DNA from: Octopus sinensis
Lineage: Eukaryota
Direction: 5' to 3'
Length of the DNA stretch: 10,612 nucleotides
Assembly: GCF_006345805.1 (NCBI RefSeq)
Contig: NW_021827330.1
Location: forward strand, 1-10,612
Shown here: in pieces, positions 1 through 7,835 of the stretch
Layout: each line of letters opens with the position of its first letter
How positions within the stretch are numbered: the first letter of the stretch is position 1
Position numbers and translations under genes: made by a program
The notes under the pieces: model-generated
Databases searched by the model: none
Seen by the model: the letters and a program-made list of their open reading frames with translations, nothing else
Told to the model about the DNA's origin: nothing

Positions 1-99
1 GAGATAGAATTTTATAGTTAAATAGAGAAGATATATTGTGAGAGGGAGGAGGTAAAGAGAAAAAGAAAGACAGACTAAAACGTAATATTTGAGAAAGAA

Positions 100-158
100 G
101 GAGAGAGAGAGAGAAAGAGAGAAAGAGAAATTGCAAGAAAGAAAGAAAGAAAGAAGGA

Positions 159-214
<56 letters not shown>

Positions 215-216
215 AA
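100..216. repeat. (GA)n then (GAAA)n purine microsatellite
   Basis: Near-perfect GAAA units at 135-216, preceded by a GA run. Confidence 0.95.
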
Positions 217-530
217 TAGACCACGAGAGCTATAATTCCAGTGGTTACTCACAGACAAAGACAAAGATCTGAAGAGAAGAGCAGCAAATGTTATTGGTGC
301 CATGCCAGTTTCTATTGATCAACATTTCATCAATTTAAATACCGTATCCAGTGACATTAATGATCTCGGTTCAATCCCCCGTGTGATCCCTGAATTATCT
401 GTGGTTATTGTCCGTTAGTGTCCGGATTACAAAACGCGTCTCTGGACAGACATCACTTTTATTTCTCTATACACACTTCAATTGTATTTCTGTAATATCA
501 TGGAAATATGGAATAAAGGCAAATGTAGAA

Positions 531-752
531 ACACACACACTCACACACACTCATTTATTCACTCACACACACACACAACACACAAACTCACGCGCACACA
601 CACACACACAACACACGCACACACAAAGACACACCCGCACGCAGAAAGACACACATACACACACACGCACGCACAAACATACTTATATATACATATATTC
701 GCATGCACATATATGTGTATACATACGTACAGTATTATACTCGCACGCAGAT

Positions 753-803
<51 letters not shown>

Positions 804-1092
804 ATATATATATATTTATATACACATATGTATGTATATATATATATATATTATATATATATGTATGGTTCTCTTTGTGTGTACACGCACACGCATATAC
901 ATATATACTCACATACGAGTACTTATTTACATATATATGTGAGTGTATATATGTATGTATATATGTATATATATATGTATATGTTTGTAGATATATGTAT
1001 GTATATGCATGTACGTATGTATATATATATATATGTATGTACGTATGTATATATATATATATACATATATGTATATATATATATATATAATA

Positions 1093-1152
<60 letters not shown>
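531..1152. repeat. Compound (CA)n / (TA)n-(TATG)n / (AG)n microsatellite
   Basis: CA-rich ~531-680, TA/TATG-rich ~681-1128, AG 1129-1152. Accounts for the HT, YI and VC-rich ORFs. Confidence 0.95.
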
Positions 1153-1153
<1 letters not shown>

Positions 1154-1210
1154 AATAGAGAGGGAGGGAATAGTGGGGAACAGATACACCTGCGCACATC
1201 TGTTTAGGTA

Positions 1211-1380
1211 GTTAGATAAACAAATTGAAACGAGCACACACATATATTCACTCATATAAATGCACATATGTGTGTTCGTATGTATGCATGTCTGCATGTT
1301 TGTGTGTATGTACACAGAACACACGCATACACACTCTCACACACATACACACATACATACAAGCACACACGCATGCACAC
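1211..1380. repeat. Degenerate CA/TG/TATG simple repeat
   Basis: Interrupted CACA and TGTA(TG) runs. Confidence 0.8.
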
Positions 1381-1821
1381 GGGAAACGAGAAACTCAAGT
1401 CAGATCGCGTTTTGATTCAAATAATCTGACGGACATTTGTTTGTAGTGGGAGGAGAAAAATATTTTGATTTGGGGACAGAAATTTGTTGTCAAATCTGCT
1501 ATTATTGTTTTATGTATGACATTAACTGTTGTCATTTTTACCTCGATACACATCATCAGAAATTACCTCAGATTCTAGAATTTTTGTTTTTGGACTAAAA
1601 AAAAAATCTATGACATTCCAGTTAATGCAGTGTTCAATGGAGGGTATGGGACTTTTTGGCAGTGCTGTTTCGCCGCTGGTTTTTTGGCGTCGCTGATTCA
1701 ACGCTGACATCTTTGACGTCAGACGTATTATTGTTCGTCTCACTCCCCCTTTCTCTTTCTCCTCCTCTCTCGCCTATCATTCTTCTTCGCTCCCCATTCC
1801 CCTTCTCTTTCCCCTATCCTC

Positions 1822-1824
<3 letters not shown>

Positions 1825-1908
<84 letters not shown>
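1825..1908. repeat. Perfect (AT)42, probably the tail or internal microsatellite of the adjacent minus-strand SINE
   Basis: 84 nt of uninterrupted AT, abutting the 3' side of the SINE at 1909-2066. Confidence 0.95.
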
Positions 1909-1910
<2 letters not shown>

Positions 1911-2066
1911 CAGGCTTCCATACAGTTTCTTTCAAATTATCTCACAAGTCACTGGTCGGCTCGCAGCTATAGTAAAAGAGAATTGTGCAAAGACTGCAGT
2001 GGTTCTGAACCCGAAACAACATGGCTGCAAATCAAGCATCTTAACCACATAGCCATGCCTCTACCC
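1909..2066 (-). mobile_element. tRNA-derived SINE, family A (decayed 5' half)
   Basis: Minus strand reads ggcaTGGCTATGTGGttaag (A-box-like, 2045-2055), then GGTTCAGAACC (B-box-like, 2001-2011), a body, and the (AT)n run. Resembles an abundant octopus SINE from memory. Confidence 0.75.
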
Positions 2067-2183
2067 ATGCAGAAAAGTTAAACCGTGACGTAATCAAAAT
2101 GAAAACAAGCAGTTTGTTAAATAACAATATCTTTTTATGAAGCAAGCATTAAAACGCTAATTACAAATGCATGCATGCGCGAG

Positions 2184-2330
2184 TGTATGTGTGTATGTAT
2201 GTATGTATGTATGTTATGTATGTATGTATGTATGTATGTATGTGTGCGCATGCATTTGAGTTTGTACCCCGCTCCACCACTTGGAAACGGGTGTTTGTTT
2301 GTTTATGTTCCGTCCGCAATAGTTGTTCGG
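2184..2330 (+). mobile_element. (TATG)n plus probable decayed 3' domain of a family-A-type SINE
   Basis: TATG repeat ~2184-2243 is seen directly. The following tttgtaccccgctccaccacttggaaacgggtgtttgtttgtttatgttcc resembles the post-microsatellite segment of octopus SINEs from memory only. Confidence 0.4.
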
Positions 2331-2620
2331 AATTAAAGTAAGAATTTTGAAAAAAAATTTTTCGCTGTTCAAAAAAAGGATTTAATCACATAAAACGTTA
2401 CATTTTTAAGTATTTGCCACATTTTTAGCATTCCACAGGGAACTTAAAAAGAATTTGTCGGTATTTTCAATCACATTTTTCTAAATGCGATTATTCTATC
2501 GGGATCAGAATATTATTGTTCATGCTGTTTAGTTCCTAGTTGGTACCGATCTCACAGACTTTAATTGAAATTGTTATAAACTTGATTATTCTGTTAGGAT
2601 TGTTATATTAGGCACTACAT

Positions 2621-2780
2621 TAAGGCGGTGAACTGGCTGAATCGTTAACACGTCGGGAAAAATGCTTAGCAGCAATTTGTCCATCTTTACGTTCTGAGTT
2701 CAAATTCTACTGAGGTCAGCTTTGCTTTTCATTTTTTCGGGGTCGATAAAATAAGTATCAGCTAAAGACTGAGGCTGATC
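2621..2780 (+). mobile_element. tRNA-derived SINE, family B, lacking its 3' end
   Basis: A-box-like TGGCTGAATCG (2634-2644), B-box GAGTTCAAATTC (2696-2707), central tttcggggtcgataaaataagta block. Aligns to the other copies in this window. Confidence 0.85.
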
Positions 2781-2829
2781 TTAAGTATTATGCCCGGCGT
2801 TCTAATGATTCCGCTAGCTCACCACCTTA
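2781..2829 (-). mobile_element. SINE family B head only (49 nt)
   Basis: Reverse complement taaggtggtgagctagcggaatcattagaacgccgggcataatacttaa matches 2621-2669 at 37/49. Confidence 0.8.
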
Positions 2830-2843
2830 ATAATAATAATAAC

Positions 2844-2921
<78 letters not shown>
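2828..2921. repeat. (AAT)n, ~31 units; tail of the minus-strand SINE at 2922-3130
   Basis: AAT run with one AAC interruption. Confidence 0.95.
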
Positions 2922-2923
<2 letters not shown>

Positions 2924-3130
2924 TAAAGGCATAAAACCCGGATTTTTGTGGGGAGAGGGACAATCGATCACATCGGCCCCAGTACTTGACAGGTACTTAA
3001 TTTATCGACTTCGAAAGGATGAAAAGCAAAGTCGACCTTAGTGGAATTTGAACTTAAAACATAGCGACAGACGAAATACCCCTAAGCATTTTGCCCGGCG
3101 AGCTAAGCATTCCGTCAGCTCACCGCCTTA
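2922..3130 (-). mobile_element. SINE family B, full length, with (ATT)n tail
   Basis: Minus strand: taaggcggtgagctgacggaat... aagttcaaattcc... gtcgactttgcttttcatcctttcg... tccctctccccacaaaaat... then (ATT)n. Confidence 0.9.
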
Positions 3131-3208
<78 letters not shown>

Positions 3209-3227
3209 TAATAATAATAATAATAAT
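3131..3227. repeat. (AAT)n between SINE head and LINE stub
   Basis: AAT run with minor interruptions. Confidence 0.95.
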
Positions 3228-3516
3228 ACCGAAAATTATATGAGAATGATCCCTGGCTTACCATCCCTGCAAGAAGTGCAAAAGATTGTCTTAACTGGTA
3301 CATCACACGTATTGAGAAGAGCATTGTCGATGTGAGAACTGTTGCTGCTCATGTATTTTAATTTAACTTTAAAAAAAAAAAAGAAAAAAAAAATTAACGA
3401 ACTACTGAGTTTGGTTTAATGGCCTACCAATGTATACAATGAGTTTCTTTGCCCTAGGAGTCGGGAAGACACTCGGCAAGAAATGGAAGCAAATTTGAAA
3501 GAAGAAAAAAAAAAAA
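3228..3516 (+). mobile_element. Severely 5'-truncated RLE non-LTR retrotransposon (R4/Dong-like): ORF C-terminus plus 3' UTR
   Basis: 3228-3335 reads TENYMRMIPGLPSLQEVQKIVLTGTSHVLRRALSM*. It matches 5615-5713 at 87/99 nt, and its 3' end (3429-3500) matches 5833-5904 at 63/72. Followed by an (AAT)n tail. Confidence 0.9.
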
Positions 3517-3565
3517 AATAATAATAATAATAATAATATATAATAATAATAATATAATGATGATG

Positions 3566-3598
<33 letters not shown>

Positions 3599-3614
3599 TA
3601 ATAATAATAATAAC

Positions 3615-3698
<84 letters not shown>

Positions 3699-3707
3699 CA
3701 TTATTAT
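3517..3707. repeat. (AAT)n switching to (ATT)n at 3655/3656, forming a palindrome
   Basis: Centre AATAA|TTATT; perfect 41-bp arms span 3615-3696. Confidence 0.95.
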
Positions 3708-4760
3708 ACTTACCTGCTTCCAAACAATAATGAAACCATATTTTCCCAGAACTATCGGCCCAAAACCTATCTATCTACCACGTATATGATTTTAACATCC
3801 ATCCTCATGGAGAAAACAACATACGCCCTTATGGAACAGAATGATGTTTTCCCCCACTGAACAAAGAGGGTGCCGATGGGACTCATATGGAGCAAAGATC
3901 AACTTCTAAACAATCGCATGATCCTTGAGGACTGTCATAACAATTGCAGAAATATTAGTTCCGCGTGGATTAATTATGAGAAGGCCTTTGACAACACACC
4001 ACATTTATGAATCTTGAAGTCATTGGATATTTTCAAAATTTGTCTTGCGATTTCAATCTTACTGAAGCACAGCATGTCAGTGTGGAATACAAATCTTTAA
4101 TTACACCACTCTAATGGAGTACTGACTACAATAATATTGATATCAGTTGTGGAATTTTTCAAGGTGATTCACTTTCACCTCTAACTTTTTGCATAGCCTT
4201 AATACCCCTTACAAGTGAACTTAACATAACAGGGTATGGGTATAAAATTGACGACAAGAAAACAAGTCATCAATTTTACATGGATGACTTAGACTCTATG
4301 ACAAAGACGATAATGAGCTTCAAGGTCTGTTGCGTACTCTGAAAGCATTCAGTAATGGCATTACGGTGGAATTTGGTCTTGATAAATATGCCAAGGCCAC
4401 CTTCCAGGAAGGGAAATTGAAGGCTTCATATTCAGTAATGTGAAATTTTGACACAGTTATAAAACAATTTGAGCAGGAAGAAATTTTTAAATACCTCGGA
4501 ATAAATGAGGGCTTAGGCATTCAGCATGCAAGCATGAAAGAGAAGAGCAGGGAAGAGAGTTGGAGGAATCCCCAAATCCGAGTTAAATGTACATAAGGTG
4601 TTAGCCATAAATTCCTTAGCAGTCCCAGTTGTTATTTACAGTTTCAGGGAAAATCCGTAAGCAGCTGACTTACATTAAGATGCACCACCCAGAGGCAGAC
4701 GTACATTGTCTTTAATTTCCCAGAGCCCAAGGAGGTCGAGGCTTGACTAAATTTGAGATA
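3708..4760 (+). pseudogene. Non-LTR reverse transcriptase domain with frameshifts and stops
   Basis: TYLLP..NYRP (3750-3761), EQRGCR, DQLL, WINYEKAFD (KAFD 3981-3992), GIFQGDSLSP (4160-4180), FYMDDL (YMDD 4277-4288), EFGLDK, FKYLG (4489-4500), KSELN..AINSLAVP, HHPEADV..PRAQGGRGL (4731-4745). Confidence 0.95.
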
Positions 4761-4986
4761 TCTTACAACTGAACTGACCAAAAATCTGGAAACATCTGAC
4801 GACTGGCTGCTAAAATTCTTTAAAGACCATGAGAGACTTAAGAAGCTTCAATTTGTCATGAATGAGAGCAAATTGCTTGTGAGTTCATGCATAATATCTA
4901 GATTGAACATGATGGAAGTGCGGCAACTGTTGCTGCAAAGAAGGTGGAATTAGTGGCAAAGCAAATAGGCTTTGAACAGTTAGGTA

Positions 4987-5720
4987 ATGGGTAAGAACAA
5001 AAAAAACCTGCATGGCAAATATGTGACCTGTAGGAAACAAGCTGATGTAGACCAGAATCACACCCATCAGTGGCTACAGGGCTCAGGGCTAAAGGTAGAG
5101 AGTGAAGGCTTTATTTTAACTGCTCAAGATCAGAGCTTATTGGCCTGGAACTACCAAGCCAATGTGAGGGAAAATAGAGAGGACCCAAAGTGTCGATACT
5201 GCAACGATGTGATTGAAACAGTGGGCCACCTTATTCCTGCATGTAAGGTTTTAGCACCAGTAGAGTATAAATCAAGCCATGACATTGTTGGCTAATATCT
5301 ACACTGGATAATATGTCGGCATTATTATAAAAATCGAAACTGCTGACAAATGGTATAAGTACCACCTTGAGGCTGTAAATGGGGAAGAAAATGTAACGAT
5401 TCGGTGGGACTTTCCAGTACATAGAGAATGGCCCATCACAGTTAATCTGCCAGATATTGCTGGGAAAGACTAAAACAATAAAATCTCGGCAAAAGAATTT
5501 GATAATCTTAGAAAATGTGAAGATTTGCTGCTTGAAAAATAAAACCAAACAAGCCATCTCAAGACGGTTATAATACCAGTGATTGTAGGAGCACTTGAAA
5601 TGATCAAAACAGGAACTGAAAATTATTTGAGGATGATCCCTACCTTACCATCCTTGCAGGGAGTGCAAAAAATTGTCTTAACTAGTACGTCACACGCATT
5701 GAGAAGAGCATTGACGTTGA
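4987..5720 (+). pseudogene. CCHC zinc knuckle and restriction-like endonuclease remnant
   Basis: LHGKY, ESEGFILTAQDQSL, C-X2-C-X8-H-X4-C (CRYCNDVIETVGHLIPAC, 5191-5244), SHD (RHD-like), IRWDF, NLPDI (PD at 5450-5455), ISAKEFD, IPVIVGAL. Contains in-frame stops and a probable internal deletion. Confidence 0.9.
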
Positions 5721-5910
5721 GAATATTCTATTTTCTATTTTCATTTTTTTTCCTTCTATCCTCTATTTTCTTTCCCTATTTTTTCTACCACATGACTCAG
5801 TAAAAGAGCAATCTATGTGTTTATTTTAAAAAAATGTATACTGTGAGTTTCTTTGCCCTAGGTGTTGGAAAGAGACTCGGCAAGAAATGGAAACAAAAGT
5901 GAAACACGAA

Positions 5911-5917
5911 AATAATG

Positions 5918-5952
<35 letters not shown>
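5911..5952. repeat. (AAT)n shared as LINE tail (+) and SINE tail (-)
   Basis: AAT run lying between the 3' ends of two convergent elements. Confidence 0.95.
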
Positions 5953-6164
5953 CCTTCCTTCTATGGGCACAGGGCCTGAAATTTTGGGGAGGGGCATAAA
6001 CGATTACATCGTCCTCGGTGTTCAAATGGTACTTATTTTATCGATCCCGAAAGGATGATAGGCAAATACGACCTCGGCGGAATTTGAACTCAGAACGTAG
6101 TGTACGGCGAAATACCGCTAAGCTTTCGTGCAGCGCGGTAACGATTCTGCCAGCTCACCACATT
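5953..6164 (-). mobile_element. SINE family B, full length
   Basis: Minus strand: ggtgagctggcagaatcgttacc... gttctgagttcaaattccgccgaggtcg... cccctccccaaaatttcaggccctgtgcccatagaaggaagg, then (ATT)n. Confidence 0.9.
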
Positions 6165-6166
6165 GG

Positions 6167-6249
<83 letters not shown>

Positions 6250-6256
6250 AATAATG

Positions 6257-6287
<31 letters not shown>

Positions 6288-6400
6288 TAATAATAATAAT
6301 AATGACGATGACGATGATGATAATAATAATAATAATAATAATAATAAGAAGAAGAAGAAGAAGAAGAAGAAGAGGAAAAAAAGAAGATTAATAATTATAA
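6167..6400. repeat. Compound trinucleotide microsatellite AAT-GAT-AAT-GAC/GAT-AAT-AAG
   Basis: Seen directly. Accounts for the poly-N/D/K and poly-I/M/R ORFs. Confidence 0.95.
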
Positions 6401-6469
6401 TCCTTTCTACTCTATGACGACAAACAATAAGTTTAAAATGAGAAAACATGAAAATGTGAACTTACATAT

Positions 6470-6564
6470 ATGTATGTGTGTGTTGTGTGTGTGTGTGTGT
6501 GTGTGTACATATGTTCGTGTGTGTGCTTGAGTGTGTGCGTTTGGGTGTGTGTGTGTATGTGTGT
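6470..6564. repeat. (TG)n microsatellite
   Basis: Interrupted TG run. Confidence 0.9.
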
Positions 6565-6628
6565 CTAAGTATACACACGTCAGTAATTGACAAAAACGTT
6601 ATCAAAATGTAAAAAACATGGAAAACCA

Positions 6629-6669
6629 GAAAGAGAGAGAGAGAGAGGGGGGATAGAGGGAGAGAGAGA

Positions 6670-6709
<40 letters not shown>

Positions 6710-6710
6710 A
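6629..6710. repeat. (GA)n microsatellite
   Basis: GA run with G interruptions. Confidence 0.9.
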
Positions 6711-6718
6711 AAATGCGA

Positions 6719-6767
6719 TGGAATATTCAAGGAATTATTCAAGGAGGTGTGGAATATTCAAGGAATT
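6719..6767. repeat. Short direct repeat TGGAATATTCAAGGAATT x2 with a partial third unit between
   Basis: Identical 18-mers at 6719-6736 and 6750-6767; ATTCAAGGA at 6737-6745. Confidence 0.85.
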
Positions 6768-6984
6768 GTCTGTTTCAAGATTGTGAGCAGCTAAAGTTGA
6801 GGTGTGTATATGTAATGTAATAAGATTAGGGGGAGGAGGCGCGCATGAAGTATTGGTCATTAATGAACTTTGTCCAAACAGCGCATCTCTTACATTCATC
6901 TTGTAAAAACCCTGAACATTGGCAAATTACTAGACACTGTTACAGCCTATCATGCGCAAAATTCAGAAGACGTGGTGGCATCAA

Positions 6985-7230
6985 CGGTGTCTTTCTTCGA
7001 TGATGTTGGCGGTGCGGGTGTTATTCGTTGTAGTGGTGATGGCGATGTTGATGTTGGGGGCTTTGTAAAGTCGCTCTGTTCTTACTGTTGGTGTTGGCGG
7101 TGATGATATTGTTGTCGTTATTATTGCGATGCTGTTCTTTGGCGTTTTTTTTTTTGTGTGGCGGTGTGAGTAGCGATGTAGGTGTCGTTAGTGACGATGG
7201 AAGCTGTGATGGTGTTGTTCTAGTCGTTGG
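6985..7230. repeat. Cryptic (GTT/GAT/GGT)-type low-complexity sequence
   Basis: G/T-rich triplet periodicity without long perfect runs. Confidence 0.6.
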
Positions 7231-7232
7231 TA

Positions 7233-7730
7233 ATGGAGGCGAGCTGGTAGAATCGTTAGCACGCCAGGCGAAATGCGTAGCCGTAATTTCGTTTGCCGTT
7301 ACGTTCTGAGTTCAAATTCCGCTGAGGTCGACTTTGCCTTTCATCCTTTCGGGGTCGATTAAATAAGTGCCAGTTACGCACTGGGGTCGATGTAATCGAC
7401 TTAATCCGTCTGTCTGTCTTTGTTTGTCCCCTCTGTGTTTAGCCCCTTGTGGGTAGTAATGAAATAGGTAATTCGTCAGCCGCTACGTTCTGAGTTCAAA
7501 TTCCACCGAGGTCGACTTTACGTTTCATCCTTTCGGGGTGGATTAAATAAGTACCAGTTACGCACTGGGGTCGATGTAATCCTTTGTCTGTACTTGTTTG
7601 TCCCCTCTGTGTTTAGCCCCTTGTGGGTAGTAAAGAAATAAGTAATTCGTCTGTCGCTACGTTCTGAGTTCAAATTCCACCGAGGTCGACTTTACCTTTC
7701 ATCCTTTCGGGGTCGATAAATTAATTACCT
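7233..7730 (+). mobile_element. Head-to-tail array of three SINE family B units; units 2 and 3 lack the A-box head
   Basis: Unit 1 ~7233-7467, unit 2 7468-7641, unit 3 7642-7730. Units 2 and 3 restart at GTAATT, equivalent to 7283 in unit 1 (spacings 185 and 174 nt). Confidence 0.9.
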
Positions 7731-7835
7731 GGCGTGCTAACAATTCTTTTCTATTCTAGGCACAAGGTCCGAAAATTTGGGGGAGGGGCCAGTCGATTAG
7801 GTCGGCCCCAGTATGCAACAGGTAATTAATTTATC
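7728..7835 (-). mobile_element. Inverted SINE family B segment (3' half fused to a head fragment)
   Basis: Reverse complement is gataaattaattacctgttgcatactggggcc...cccctcccccaaattttcggaccttgtgcctagaatagaaaagaattgttagcacgccagg. The last 20 nt match 7249-7268 at 19/20. Confidence 0.85.

Larger units (their letters stand above)
3708..5910 (+). mobile_element. 5'-truncated, decayed RLE non-LTR retrotransposon, best fit R4/Dong clade
   Basis: RT, CCHC and PD-type endonuclease remnants in the canonical order, then a 3' UTR and (AAT)n tail. The clade call rests on motif style and on TAA-repeat flanks, the known Dong target. Confidence 0.85.

Noticed and set aside
368-378. Isolated B-box match GGTTCAATCCC
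   Set aside because: No A-box, T-stem or cloverleaf around it, so not a tRNA gene.
242-418. 58-codon plus-strand open frame (WLLTDKDKDLKRRAANVIG...) after TTCCAG, with AATAAA at 512-517
   Set aside because: The acceptor has no pyrimidine tract (upstream is GAAA repeat), no family is recognisable, and the length is attainable by chance.
408-1446. Overlapping ORFs of 73-202 aa rich in H/T, Y/I and V/C
   Set aside because: They are translations of CA, TA and TG dinucleotide repeats that lack stops.
1522-1743. GC-richer stretch with a 73-aa minus-strand ORF
   Set aside because: Non-ATG start, no convincing splice sites and no recognisable domain.
2922-3130. SINE family B as the non-autonomous partner of the R4/Dong-like LINE
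   Set aside because: No shared 3' sequence or stem-loop, and the tail polarity is opposite (ATT vs AAT).
7300-7400. Hammerhead ribozyme in the SINE core (CTGAG words)
   Set aside because: No CUGANGA and GAAA core with matching stems.
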